A DNA stretch of 64,000 nt from Octopus vulgaris. Lineage: Eukaryota. Below, in pieces: positions 1-13,199 of this stretch. Below the pieces are notes generated by a model that saw only the letters and a list, made by a program, of their open reading frames with translations, had not been told where the DNA came from and made no database searches. Position 1 is the stretch's first letter. Each line of letters opens with the position of its first letter. Location: the NCBI GenBank assembly GCA_951406725.2, contig OX597818.1:40486001-40550000 (forward strand), written 5' to 3'. The position numbers and the translations under genes are program-made.

Positions 1-436
1 CGTTTGGTTGTGTGGTAAGAAACTTGCTATCCAGCCACACGGTTGAGGTTCAGTCGCACTGCGTTGAACCTTGGGCAAGTGTCTTCTATTATATTCCCGG
101 ACCGACCAAGGTCCTGTGAGTGGATTTGGTTGACGGAAACTGAAAGAAGCACGTCGTATATATATGTATATATTATTTGTGTGTGTGTGTGTGTTTGTAG
201 TTGTGTGTGCGTGTCTGTCTGTGTTTGGACCCCGCCATCGCTTGACAACCGATTTTGGTGTGTTTACGTCCCCGTTACTTAGCGGTTCGGAGAAAGAGAC
301 GGATAAAATATGTTCTAGGCTTACAATAAATAAGTCCTGGGGTCGATGTTTTATTTTTTTTATTTTTTGCTACAGCCCTTTAAGGCGGTGCTCCAGCATG
401 GCCGCAGTCAACTGACTGAAACAAATAAAAGAAAAA
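1..436 (+). mobile_element. SINE family A (tRNA-derived, internal (TA)n/(TG)n microsatellite), near full-length diverged copy
   Basis: A-box-like tggttgtgtgg and B-box-like ggttcagtcgc, then ccttgggcaagtgtc. Collinear with the copies at 14256 and 33769 and ends in ...gactgaaacaaataaaag. Confidence 0.9.
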
Positions 437-845
437 TATCTACATTATGTCATATAACTTATATAACATCATGTTATACAAACCAGAGATGATGGATGGA
501 TAGTCATAATAGCTTGGATAATGGCAGTATTAGATAACAAGTAAGAAAATAACGATATTTAGGAAAAATACGTAACAACGTTGCCAGCGATGGAAATAAC
601 TCATTTCCTCATTTGAAAAATAGGGCAATTTATAGAAACTAGAGAATATTTTAATAATCATTTAGATAAATGGAAGATGCATTAGTCTCGCAATTTACTC
701 ATTACTGCTACAATATGTTCTGTGACAATAAAAACACCTCGAGGGAATGTTCTGCATACTAAACATAGATATGGTGGAGTCTTACATACGGCAAAAAAAT
801 GGGTTGTAAAACCTCGATCAATTGAGATTATCTAAGCAGTTAGTA

Positions 846-1168
846 TTAGGTTGTCAAGAAAGTTCATTCAGAATTTTAAATTTTGGTTCTAAATGATGTA
901 TTTTCAAATTAATTTGTCGTTAAATTACTTTGACTTTATATATCATGTTAAAGCCCGTTTTCCTTCTCTATCTAATCGTGTTACTCTTTTACTTTTTGAA
1001 TAATTAGGTCATTTCTTTCGGAACGTTGAATAAAACATGGACAAAAGCAAATTTTCTTATTCTAGTTGAAGCTAGGCCGAAAAATTGCTGAAACAGCTCT
1101 CGATATCAAGATGCGTTTGGCCCAGGAACCACTAACGAACGTACAGCACAATGGTGGTTCAAGAAACG
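846..1168 (+). mobile_element. Mariner (Hsmar1-like) 5' remnant with degenerate transposase N-terminus
   Basis: TA|ttaggttgtc terminus and ATG at 1037. Frameshifted translation LKLGRKIAETALDI/DAFGPGTTNERTAQWWFKK matches the mariner HTH region. Confidence 0.85.
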
Positions 1169-1446
1169 TGCACACATATACACACACCATCCTACTAAAT
1201 ATAAAACACACACAGACCCATATACACACGCCACAATAAACTCTGGGACCAATCAAAAACGGCTCACACACACAAACACAAGCACGTGTATATACACACA
1301 AACACAGAGAAACATGCACAGAGACGCACACAGTCATACCATTCTGACCTCTAAGATCAGTCCCAAAAATCACTGAACCATGACAGACTAGCCCAGAAAC
1401 AAAAAATCCTTTTGATTCCACATTGCTCCCCCCACCCAACCAACCT

Positions 1447-1740
1447 CGACCAAAGCCTTGTGAATAGATTTAGTAGACGGAAATTGAAAGAAGCCCATCG
1501 TATATATGTATCTATATATATGTGTGTGTGTGTGTGTATGTTTGTGTGTCTGTGTTTGTTCCCCCAACATCGCTGGACAACCGATACTGGTGTGTTTACG
1601 TCCTCGTAACTTAGCGGTTCGGCAAAAGAGACCGATAGAATGAGTACTAGGCTTACAAAGTCCTGGGGTCGATTTGCTCGACTAAAGGCGGTGCTCCAGA
1701 ATAGCCACAGTCAAATGAATGAAATGAAACAAGTAAAAGT
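1447..1740 (+). mobile_element. SINE family A, 5'-truncated
   Basis: Runs from cgaccaaagccttgtg to gaaacaagtaaaag and aligns to the 33769 copy. Confidence 0.9.
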
Positions 1741-1971
1741 ATATCATTGTTTTGCTAAAAAATGTTCATTGCTTGAAATATATTCGTCAAGTTTAATGAA
1801 ATTTAATATGCACTCAATGCATGAAGTGTCATTATTGGGCTCAAGGCCCAATGAAGAGCCCTCCACAGGAGCCAGCTTAAAAGTCGCCCGATAGATTACG
1901 AGTCAGTTGTAGATGGAACCAGGCACGATTTTCGGTGCAACTTCTTCAGGGTCTATCTGCATGAAATTAAG

Positions 1972-2271
1972 TAGTGTAAATCCTCGAGTATAGTCCGCCC
2001 TTGAGTATAATACGCAGGGGATTTTTAGGGAGCTGTACTTCTGAAAAATCTAAATCTTGTGTATAATACACACTCCTTCTGTAACTTGAGTCGGGCGTAA
2101 TTAAGCCAGCAGCACCTAGTCGAACAAACACTTCCGCGCATGTGTAATACTATAATGGTAATGTCCTTAGCTGTTATATAGCATTTTAAACTTCGTATAT
2201 AGTACGCACTAGGGATTTTGACCCTTAAATTTTGGGGAAAAAATGCGGATTATACTCGAGGATTTACGGTA
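1972..2271. mobile_element. Tc1/mariner-superfamily (Tc2/pogo-like) MITE
   Basis: TIRs gtaaatcctcgagtatagtccgc / gcggattatactcgaggatttac with TA at both outer ends. No coding capacity. Confidence 0.85.
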
Positions 2272-2798
2272 AACGATGACTAAGAAATTAACAATTTAAA
2301 GAGTGTATTGTGTTGTGCTCTTCATAATTAAGCTTCTGTTGTTTTCAAAGTATAATAAAATAAATCCTTTGCTTTATTAATAAAACAATACCCCAAAACA
2401 CCAAAAACGAATCAAGAAAGAAAATAGAAAATAAACGAAAAACAGACACACGCGGATAATACTATAAATTGCAAATATGTCGAAGATTTACGAAATATTT
2501 CATAGAACGAATTCTGAGAAGCTGTCAAGTCTTTTCGTTATCAATAGAGGAGATTGTAGAAAATGAAACAGTATGCTATGAGTAATTGAATTCGTATCAT
2601 ATTTAAGGCACGGTAGGTAAAATGGTAGATATTTTTATACAACCAAAATAGAAAACTACATCTTTATGTCCAGCAGTAGTGTCCTTCTTCCAGTGACGAG
2701 TACAAGGATAAAATAATTCGGAGGACAAGTTGTCAGAAAGTAATTGCATAACGTTTGTACAAGAAATGGAAATTTTATGAAAACACACACGGACAATA

Positions 2799-2831
<33 letters not shown>

Positions 2832-3138
2832 ATTGTGTGTGTGTGTGTGTATGTGTTTGTGAGTATACGCGTGTGTGCGTACATAAGTGTATGCATGGTT
2901 ATCTCATAATTACATTCAGAAGCCTTCGCATACACGGCTTTGATATTCTACGTCTTTATGATCACGTATATATATATATTTTTTATACGTTTGTATTTAA
3001 CCTTTTCTTACTCTCGGCTTTTTTCAGTGAAACACAATGTTTTTCTCTAGGTTTATACAATAGCCTTCCTTTTTACCCCGAGCATATATGTGTGTGTATG
3101 CGCGCGCGTGGGTATATATATATATATATATATATATG

Positions 3139-3191
<53 letters not shown>

Positions 3192-3533
3192 GTGTGTGTG
3201 TGTCCGTTCGCTCCAGCAATTGCTTATTAATCTTCTGCTTGTCCATTCTGACTCGTCTTCAATCAGAAGTGATTCTTGCCCTGCCGGTGCCAAGCAGTTA
3301 CCAAGGCGTGTTCAACTGAGTGAATCCATGCCGAAAAAGAAATTCGCATTGTAATTTGTCAACATATCTTATCAATAAATGCATAAATGAAAAAAAAAAA
3401 TACGTAAATAAAGCAATTGCAAAAGTACAACGAACGTGGACAGCAACGAAGATATATTCGCACATGCGCACACACGCACTCACACATACAAAAGCATATA
3501 CGTATGGTGGTGGTGGTGGTGGTGGTGGTGGTG

Positions 3534-3564
<31 letters not shown>

Positions 3565-3805
3565 TGTGTGCGTCTGCGTACGGTGTTAGCATACATACAT
3601 GCCTACGCATATAAAGAAGGAGGTGAATAAAGAAACAAATGCGTAACGAAAGATAGAAACATACGGAAAACATGGAATATTCACTCGACTTCGAGAATAG
3701 CAGTAAAATTAATGATATGGGTTCTGAAGCACCCTCTATCTTTTATACACTCTCCCTCTCACTCTCTATCTCTCATTACTCTCTCTCTATCTCTCTAACC
3801 GTCGC

Positions 3806-3912
<107 letters not shown>

Positions 3913-4051
3913 ACTATATATATACATATACATGTAAATATATATATATATACACACATACATATATGCATATATATATACATATATGTATATATATATG
4001 TGCATATACATATATGTATATATATATATGTATATATGTATGTATGTACTT

Positions 4052-4155
<104 letters not shown>

Positions 4156-4165
4156 ATGTGTGTGG

Positions 4166-4202
<37 letters not shown>

Positions 4203-4233
4203 GGGGGGTGTATGTATCTGTATGCATATATAC

Positions 4234-4269
<36 letters not shown>

Positions 4270-4554
4270 GATAGACAAGTCGTAAAGTCAAATTTTGGAG
4301 AAAGGGTGCTTGTAAGCATACGAGGAAGATAAATGGATAAATGAAGTGACGCTGTGTGGTGGTGGTGGTGGTGAATAGTGAAGCCGAAAATTTAATTGAT
4401 GAGATGGGACGAGGCTATTTCAGTGATAGCATTGTGATAATGAAAAAAAAAAAAAAGTCCTGTTCTATTAAAATAAAAGAAGACTGCGCATGGAAGGCGT
4501 AGGCTAGGAATTGGTTTTAAAAAATCATAGATTTATGTTCTACTGTTTCAGATA

Positions 4555-4971
4555 TCTATATATATATAACTGTAGTTGTGTGAGTGTCTGTCCCCTTCGA
4601 TTTAGATTCCTAACTACTCCCACATTTTGCGGTGCAGTCTAACCAAAACCGGGTATCTTATAGTCGTGATTCATATGGAGCCCTTCTGGGTATTAGCGCG
4701 CGTCTACGATGAGTCTACGATTTTAAAAATAATTTACCATCATTTTTTTCCATTTTCATGCATATTTTTTTCCATTTTCATGCATATTTTTTTAAAGGGA
4801 AGTAACTCTCTAAAAATGTCTACGATGAGTCAACGATTTAAAAAAACATTTACCATCATATTTTTTCCATTTTTAATGCATTTTTTTTGCTATTATTTGG
4901 CTATAACTCTCTAAAAATGCTGTATAGTTATTTCCCTTACAAACCTGAGCAACGCCGGGCGATACTGCTAG
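4555..4971 (+). mobile_element. Non-autonomous Helitron
   Basis: 5' A|TC, 3' GC-rich subterminal motif (gagcaacgccgggc) then CTAG|T. Internal ~116-bp tandem duplication. Same ends as 33258-33649. Confidence 0.85.
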
Positions 4972-5189
4972 TTTAGTTATATAAATATATAACTGAAAAA
5001 CTCTGTTTTCTGACGTCAGTTAAGCTACAGTTATTTACATCTGCTTACAGATATTTCTTCCTCTACATTTGCATGTACGATAAAAACTATGTTTCGCTGA
5101 TGAAGACATAAAATGCTGAAACATCTTCAGAGTTATCACCCTTAGATGCAGGAAAGAGTAGAAATATTATTTATGTATCCTTTATCGTT

Positions 5190-5512
5190 TATCTTTTATC
5201 TGTTACCTGCTTCCTTCCAGAGACTGCAGTCAGTCTAATTTTTAGTCGAATGGATTGACCCACAGTGCTTTTTTTTCTTTCGATTAACCTCTAATGCCGA
5301 ACCGAGAAGTTAAGGCGGTGTAATATCAATATTGACTGTCAAACGGTGGTGAGAGACAAACACTGACAAAAAAGACACACAGATACAAAGAAACAAACAA
5401 ACAAATACACACACACACATATGACAGGCTTCATTCAGTTTCCATTTACCAAATCCACTCACAATGCTTTGCTCGGTTCGTGACTATAGCAGAGGACACT
5501 TACCCAATTTGA
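5190..5512 (-). mobile_element. SINE family A, old diverged copy
   Basis: Reverse complement of the family A motifs (ttcagtttccatttaccaaatccactcac; gacacttacccaa). Confidence 0.75.
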
Positions 5513-5548
5513 CTCGAAACACATTATATTTTCGATAGCTTTCACACT

Positions 5549-5606
<58 letters not shown>

Positions 5607-5633
5607 TGTATGTATGCATGTATGTATGTATAT

Positions 5634-6046
5634 GGCGCGATTACGGTGGTTTTGAAAATTTAGGGTATATATTCCCGAGGCACAAATGCTGCTGCCTCGT
5701 GTATATTTACTCCTCCTGGCTTCTTTACCGATGAGACTGGTAGACTGACTTGATTAAATTTAATTTAATTTAATTAGGCTGGTTTGCCATAAGGAACGTC
5801 GAAACAATGCATTGTCTAAAGATAAATAGGGTAAATGTTTTTTTTAATTTTCCTTTAATTTCTGAATTACTACTATTTAGCGGTTTGAGTCTTCGCTGCT
5901 CTTTCTAGTGGGTCGAATGACCTATCAAGACCGTTCCTCAATGTTGTTGAAATTATATACATAGTCTGTAACTATTTTCTCTTTCTCACTATTTGCTGGT
6001 GGCAAAAAAAAATTTTCTATTGAATTTTTTGCTACCCTTATATTGA

Positions 6047-6050
<4 letters not shown>
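5634..6050 (+). mobile_element. Penelope-like pseudo-LTR / retrozyme-like insert in (TA)n
   Basis: ~415 bp unique segment bounded on both sides by (TA)n tracts and containing a hammerhead fold. Confidence 0.6.
5722..5822 (+). ncRNA. Type I hammerhead ribozyme (core variant CCGAUGA, extended stem II)
   Basis: Stem I tcttta/taaaga, core ccgatga, stem II gac/gtc enclosing a 23-bp hairpin, then gaaac. Stem III is the palindrome acaatgcattgt. GUC site at 5814-5816. Confidence 0.8.
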
Positions 6051-6099
<49 letters not shown>

Positions 6100-7221
6100 C
6101 GTAACGTTCACAGTGTTGCGACAGACATTAGTAAACTGTGTCGGTAAAATGACATGGTTGTGGTTGTTTTATAACACTAATATATCTATAATACTTTTGA
6201 AAAGAAATATGAAATTCCAAACAGGCGACTTTTTCTTCGAAAATCCAAATTTGAACTACAGTTGACATTTCATCCTACCTATGGGTCGATAAAATAAGCA
6301 GTATAATAAATGCAATGATCGATTTCTATAAACAGCAGTATTCTCTTGAGAACATTGGCTTTCTGGCTAGTTTAAAACCAAATAAACAATATTGTAAATA
6401 TCTGATCAAAAGCTGTAGTAACTTTCTTAAAACAACACATTACCAAGGATCTTCGAAAAAAACAAAAACATCAACGTGTCTGCCAACATTATAATATAAC
6501 ATGTACCTCACTATTTATATGCACGCCGTTGCAAGACAACAATGAACTGGCGTTGATTTCTTTGCCAACAAATCTAATTAGTCTCTTAATACTGAAATTA
6601 CCGTCTTTTACGGCCTAAAAGTGCCTCGGAAAAGCATTCCAAAGTTTCTAACAAATAGCTCAGCTAAATAAAGCACAGCAAATAAAAAAGAAAGAACAAT
6701 AAAAGATTACATATAAAAGAACTCTAACAGCCACTTTCGTTGTATGTAGTCCTCACAAATCTCCACTTACTGTGTGTTTATTGATGTTAAGTCAACTGAT
6801 TAACATTGATGGGTTTTCGTAATTGAATTCATTAAACTGCAATATACTTTTAAGTTGTATGGTAACACAGGGTGCTTTGTCGTTAAGAAATATCGCATTC
6901 GCCTAGATAAAGAGAAGACAACATAGCAACATACCTTTCTCGATGTTCTACAAACAAATGGTGATTACTGATATTTAACTGTATTATAAACTGAATGGCG
7001 TCGCGGGAGACTTGCTGCCGCAGTTAAGCGGTCGGCCGAACAAACTCCGTTAGTGAACGACCACGAAATGTCAGCTGACTTTTATGCCCAATATCTGGAT
7101 ACAACCAGTAATTGCAACCGCTCTAAGTTGAGAAAATCTACAGTCAGTGAGCCTTTACTTAGTCATACGTTTTGCCAACAAATATCTGGCAATATTCCTC
7201 AAAACTTCGCCCTACTGTCTA

Positions 7222-7441
7222 CCCTTTTGTTACTGTATTTATTTTGAGATGCTCTGTGTTTCTTTTAATAACTTTGGATATAAAAGGAATTTAGTAAAAT
7301 AACTTAGTTATCATTCAGCTAGTGTTAGGAACATAAATTGTGACTAAGGTTTGGTGGAAGATTTTAATGCAAAACTTATGAAAACAAGACATTTGTACTA
7401 CAGAGCCAGGGCCGGTTTTGGCCGGGTTGGTAACGAAGAGG
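7222..7441. mobile_element. piggyBac-type MITE
   Basis: Imperfect TIRs cccttttgttac / gtaacgaagagg, followed by TTAA on the right. The left TTAA is degenerate. Confidence 0.55.
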
Positions 7442-7479
7442 TTAAAACGAATGAGCAATTTGACTATATGTAATTACTG

Positions 7480-7590
7480 ATGGGGCAAAAAGACGGATGG
7501 TCATGGCTCGAACGCCTTCATCACAAACCTTCTCCAGGAAGGCTGACGTTGAAATAAACAACAACAACAATAGCTACAACAACAGCAACA
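7480..7590 (+). mobile_element. Old dispersed repeat D, 3' part ending in (CAA)n
   Basis: aaaagacggatggtcatggctcgaacgcc...aaacaacaacaac. Related pieces near 14130-14250, 18300-18420, 21300-21470(-), 50570-50637 and 58410-58600. Confidence 0.5.
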
Positions 7591-7635
7591 TTTATGTTCC
7601 AATGATTAAGTCTGTTTCATCACTATCGGTTTATA

Positions 7636-7842
7636 GCACGACGCGAAATGCGTAACCGTATTTCGTCTGTCGTTACGTTCTGAGTTCGAATTCTGCCAAG
7701 GTCGACTTTGCCTTTCATCATTTCGGGGTCGATAAATTAAGTACCAGTTACACACTAGGGTCGATGTAATCGACTTGATACCTATGTCTGTCCTTGTTTG
7801 TCCCCTCTATGTTTAGCCCCTTGTGGGTAATAAAGAAATAGA
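7636..7842 (+). mobile_element. SINE family C1, single unit, 5'-truncated head
   Basis: gtatttcgtctgtcgttacgttctgagttcg...ccccttgtgggtaataaagaaatag. Confidence 0.9.
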
Positions 7843-7897
7843 TATATTTGCATGCCTAACGTTATGATTGCTGGTAAAGTTGACCAAATACCTAGAC

Positions 7898-8765
7898 CAG
7901 TGGATCTCAACCATTTTAATATCCAGGCCAGATCCAAAGCCTGGAATTTCTAGGAGGCTGCACCAAAAGAAAGTAAAACACACGACAAATAAAGAAAAAA
8001 ATGTATTTATAGAGGGAAGACCGTAACAACAAAAAAAAAGTTAAGTGATGAATTTAATGTGAAAATTGATTTTACTTTCAACTTTCAACTTGTTTGCCAA
8101 AACAAGGGCACATAGTGGAAGAGGCAGTACGAAAAAAATATTGATTGAGATGATGGTCAGTCAATCAGTTGCAATATTGTTTTAATATCCACCAGCGTGC
8201 TGAAAAATGCAGCATCATACATATGTTGAACCACATATAGAAGTATTTTTCAGTGCATTAACAATAAAGTTAGGGTATTTCTTCTCTAGGATTTGAGTCC
8301 AGAAGTTAAGTAGTTGACTAAACATAAATGTGGATGTGAGCTCCATGTCTGACTGCAAGTCCAGGAACTTCATTTGAAATTCGTCAAGGGCGGTGGCCAC
8401 ATCTATCCCAACAGGTGCTGAAAATGTTTTAATCAAGTGTAGGGAAATCTTGATATCATCGAAGCGAGGTTCAAATTCATCAGTCAAGTCACTAGGGATC
8501 CTATTATAATTATTATATGATCCGTTGTCCTTGTGTTCAGAAAGTGACGGGAAATGAGCCGTTGTGCTACGTGAAATTTGTGTCCTCCAAAGGCGAAACC
8601 TGGCAATGAAGGCAGACATTGTCTGTACAATTCATAGCAGAGCTTATCTTTACCATGTAGGACGAGGTTCAAGGTCGGAAGGTGTGTGGTGATATCAACC
8701 ACAAAAGCCAAATCAGCAATCTATTCTTTCTTACTAAGCTGAGGGAAGATTATCTTCCCTTCAGC
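7898..8765 (-). mobile_element. hAT (Charlie/Buster/SPIN-like) transposon remnant with transposase C-terminal pseudogene
   Basis: Terminus cagtggatctcaacc preceded by cctagac. The frameshifted ORFs AFVVDITTHL..LNLVLHGKD and ..RF.D...DLQSD...FW.....YP...GSTY resemble the GTF2IRD2/SPIN-type catalytic and dimerisation region. Confidence 0.85.
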
Positions 8766-10020
8766 ACATATATTATAGTATGTGTGTGTATTTATTTGTA
8801 ACATATGTGATTTGAAGTTGGCATACCTGGCATACCTGTTTTATTTTAATATAATCTCTAGTAAACCTATGACTTCTGAGTGAAACTCAGTTATCAGAAA
8901 CTGTACGGAGTCTTTTCAGATGGAACATACCTATTATTCAATTGTGTAATCTTATCGCGCACAGTATAACCCCGATTCTCCTTGAGGTTTGTATTAAGAG
9001 TACATACACCTGAAGAGCATTCATCCACTTACATTCAAATGCAATGAGTAGATAGTTATGTTTATAAAACAATTAAATGCCCATTGTCTAAAACGAGGGA
9101 GACCCATTTTCATACACATTTGTTTCTTCGTGATTATTTGTGGTTGTATGTGAATAAGGCCGTATATCTGTACAACACGCCAACGAATGCGTGCCAATAT
9201 GTGGTTACTGCAGATAATTTGATATTATTTGGGAATTAGTATTAGACGTAAAGTGTTTGAATACAGAATTGTTTAGAGGAAGTAGAAATCTTCTCCCATA
9301 GGACGCAAAGTAAACTGACCTTACGATGTAATTTCTAGCTTATTTGGTTGCTAATAGTCAGAACTGGAAATGACTTTCCGGTTAGCTAAGCTGGAAAATT
9401 ATTGCTCTATGTCTACTAATAATAAAAATAAGCAACAACGTTAATAACAAGAACACTTATAAACACTAAGAACTCTCTGCAGATATAAACTATGGCAGAA
9501 ACAGAGGAAAGTGTAAACGGTATAAAAACAAAATCATTTCCTATTACTTCAGTAAATACTCTACGAATGAAGAGCTAAGCAAATTAGCTTATTAACACTA
9601 AGCTGCTAATGAGATACTGAGAGTTACCAGGCTGGAAAGAATTTCCAGTCAAGGTTTTGGTAGCCATAGTTGGAGAGATGTTCCCGTTTGTGGTGGGGAT
9701 GATAGCAATAAGAATAATGTTAGTAAGTGATCAAGGCATTAGTGCTACAGCTACGCTTGCTGTCGTGTAGAAGTGGAAATATGGCTGTGGCGAGAAGCGA
9801 CGCCATTAGCATTTTGACAGATTGAAAACCCACTTCGTTGAACGTCGCTGCAATTAATATCATTGATAAGCAATTGGTTGTTAATCATTCCAAGTGTTTA
9901 GATAAAAAGACGATATAATATTTAAAGAATTAGAAAAAAAGCAAAAAAAAAAAAGAATATATTTATTTAATGGATATCTGAGCAATTATGCATTGATATA
10001 TGTATCCAAGTAAATATATT

Positions 10021-10115
<95 letters not shown>

Positions 10116-10417
10116 GCACCTACTCAACTTTCATAGTGTGTGTATAAGTGGTATGTATATTGTGTGATATATAACTGCAGCGACTATATACGTGTTTTGG
10201 ACAGAAGCAGACAACACATTGTGGCTGAAAATTGCGTATCCATAATTAACTGTTTGTACAACTAATTGCTGATTTTCTTTCTTTTTTCTTTTTGTACAAA
10301 AACACCTATTATATGTTCGTAACTATGCGTGCTTACATACATGTAACATATGTGTATATGTATGTGTGTGTATATATATATACACGCACAAATATATATA
10401 CACATATATACATATAT

Positions 10418-10903
10418 TTCTTTTTTTCTTTTATTTGTTTCAGTCATTTGACTGCGGTCATGCTGGTGCACCGCCTTTAGTCGAACAAATCGTGGGACAC
10501 ACACAGACTTAAACAACAAACCCATACACACACACACACACACACATATATCTATATATAGTAGGGGACCCCGTCGGCTACGACGACGAAGCTTCCAGTT
10601 GATCTGATCAACGGAACAAAACCTGCTCGTGAAATTAACGTGCAAGTGGCTGAGCACTCCACAGACACGTGTACTCTTAATGTAGTTCCCAGGGAGATTT
10701 AGTGTGACAAGTATGGTCCTTTGAAATACAGGCAGAACGAGTGAGAGAAAGTTGTGGTGAAAGAGTACAGTGGGATTCACCAACTTCCTGTCGGAACTTA
10801 GTTGAGCTTTAGGTGTTTTCGCTCAATAAACACTCACAACGCCCAGTCTCGAAACCACGAGAATCGAAACTGCTGCCCTAACCACTGGGCCATTGTACCC
10901 TCC

Positions 10904-10940
<37 letters not shown>

Positions 10941-11097
10941 GACGAGCTTCTTTCATCTCCGTCTAGCAAATCCACATATAAGGCTTCGGCACAAGGTTAT
11001 AGTAACTGACTCCTGCCCAAGGTGCCACGCAGTGGGACTGAACCCGGAACCAGGTGGTTGGTTAGCAAGCTACTTACCACACAGCCACTCCTGTGCC
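10418..11097 (-). mobile_element. SINE family A interrupted by a B1 SINE
   Basis: Head half at 10940-11097 and tail at 10418-10560, both on the minus strand, separated at the internal microsatellite. Confidence 0.85.
10565..10905 (-). mobile_element. SINE family B1 head with tail X
   Basis: Head matches 37928 (aatggcccagtggttagggcagc; aaaacacctaaagctc). Tail matches 26640-26820 (cagccacttgcacgttaatttcacgagcagg...cgtcgtagccgacgg). Confidence 0.88.
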
Positions 11098-11128
11098 TAC
11101 CTGTGTGTGTTATATTTTTTTTTTTTTT

Positions 11129-11221
<93 letters not shown>

Positions 11222-11223
<2 letters not shown>

Positions 11224-11322
11224 GAAATAAGTTCTGGGCTCGATTCGTTCGACTAAAATTCTTGAAAGCGATGCCACAGCATGGCCGCAGTCAAATGACT
11301 GAAACAAGTAAAAGAAAGAAAA
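11222..11322 (+). mobile_element. SINE family A 3' tail fragment
   Basis: cagcatggccgcagtcaaatgactgaaacaagtaaaag. Confidence 0.8.
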
Positions 11323-11504
11323 TACACACACGTATATATTTATGTTTGTATGTACGCATTCATTGGTTTAAATTATATTTATTGGGGTTGATTAATAATC
11401 TTATTGTATTTGTGGTATACGCGCGTGCACCCAGGATTTAGAGAGCTGGAAGATATACCGTGAAGCACCTCCGTCGATGCGCCAACATTTCTTCCACTCT
11501 CCCA

Positions 11505-11628
11505 CCCGCAGAACAACATGAAATGAAGTGTTTTTCTCAAAGAACACAACACGCCTCCTCGTCCGCAAATCGAACCCACAATCTAACGATAGTGAGTGGA
11601 ACAATCTAACCACTAAGCCACGCTCCTG
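11505..11628 (-). mobile_element. tRNA-derived SINE head (B2/E-related), diverged
   Basis: Reverse complement gives gcgtggcttagtggttag...gggttcgatt...gtgttgtgttctttgagaaaaacacttcatttca. Confidence 0.65.
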
Positions 11629-12002
11629 TCGAATGTCAATTTGAAGAATTAAATTCTAGATGAGCTGAGTACGAATCTCAGGTCCGAAACTGTTTTGCTT
11701 CTGAACGCTATAAATTCCCGCATCAGCTCCCTCTGAATATGAGGCCTACTGATGAAATAAAGAAAATCAATACATTGCTATATAGTGTCCCTGAGTAAAT
11801 ACAGATCGTTGTATTCACTGCACTCGTGTACATACAGTGTACATATACATATATATGTAAATTCATGCGCGTATACATATACATATATAGATACGAATAT
11901 ATATACGATATATACGCCTTCATATTTCTGTATTATGCTACCATTCAAATTATTCATATGCACATACTACATAACTACGTACGTGTATGTATATGTAGCT
12001 GC

Positions 12003-12057
<55 letters not shown>

Positions 12058-12257
12058 GTGTGTATACATTTAATAAAGTATCGATTCATTCATACATTCA
12101 TATAGACACTTACAGACATGCATACATACATACATACATGTGTACAAATATACAAGCGTACATACATAGATACATGCGTGCATATACATTACACACATGC
12201 ATGCATACATACATACATACATACATACATACATACATACATACATACATACATACA

Positions 12258-12290
<33 letters not shown>

Positions 12291-12629
12291 GTGTACATAC
12301 ATGCATTCTCATGCTGTCAATATAGAAGCAATAATTTCATTGCTGATATAGAAAGTTCAAATAAGAATGCTCAAGGAATATTTTTTTTGCTCAGGACATA
12401 ACTCTTTCAAGTTTAACAATGGGATAATTTGGTTTATACGTGTTTATATGTCAGAACTTACGTATCGGTATTCATCAATAAGTGTATCGTGTGTGTGTAT
12501 GTTTGTGTGTGTGTGTGTGTGTGAGTGTGTGTGTGTGTTTTATAACTTTCCATCCTCTTCTTTCTTTTATACATACATAATACGTACATACATATATGAA
12601 TAAATGTATATTTATGTCTATGTATGTAT

Positions 12630-12678
<49 letters not shown>

Positions 12679-13199
12679 CATGTATATACATACACGCACA
12701 AATACATACATACATACATACATACATACATACATACATACATACATACATACATACATACATACATACATACATACGTACGTACGTACGTACGTACGTA
12801 CATATATAAGTTCATTTGATCTAGTCTTGTATAGAAGTTCTCTACATAGATAAAACGATCAATTAGATGTTCTTGTTGCAAAGAGTCATATACAAATTTA
12901 TATATATTGTATTATTAAGCATTCTTGAAGGGTAATCCTTTGGCAGAATTGAAAGACCAGTGGAGAAAATGCTTTGCATATATTTAGTTATGTACCTTTA
13001 AGTTCTAAGTTCAAGTTAGACAACAGTCAACGTTGTCTTTCCTCTTTCCAGAGTCTATAAAATGTCGTACCATTATGTACTAAATTAAATTTAATTCATC
13101 GTAATACCCATTCCTACCAAAATCTGTCTCGTACAACCATCATAGCAGTAATAATACACTGGATGGATTATATTGTTTTAAGTAAACGCTTATAATGTC

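Noticed and set aside
8215-8711. Host gene such as GTF2IRD2 or EPM2AIP1
   Set aside because: Frameshifted, truncated and next to a hAT terminus, so a transposon relic rather than a domesticated gene.
9008-9095. ctgaagagcatt...aaatgc hammerhead-like start
   Set aside because: No GAAA box or stem III in register.
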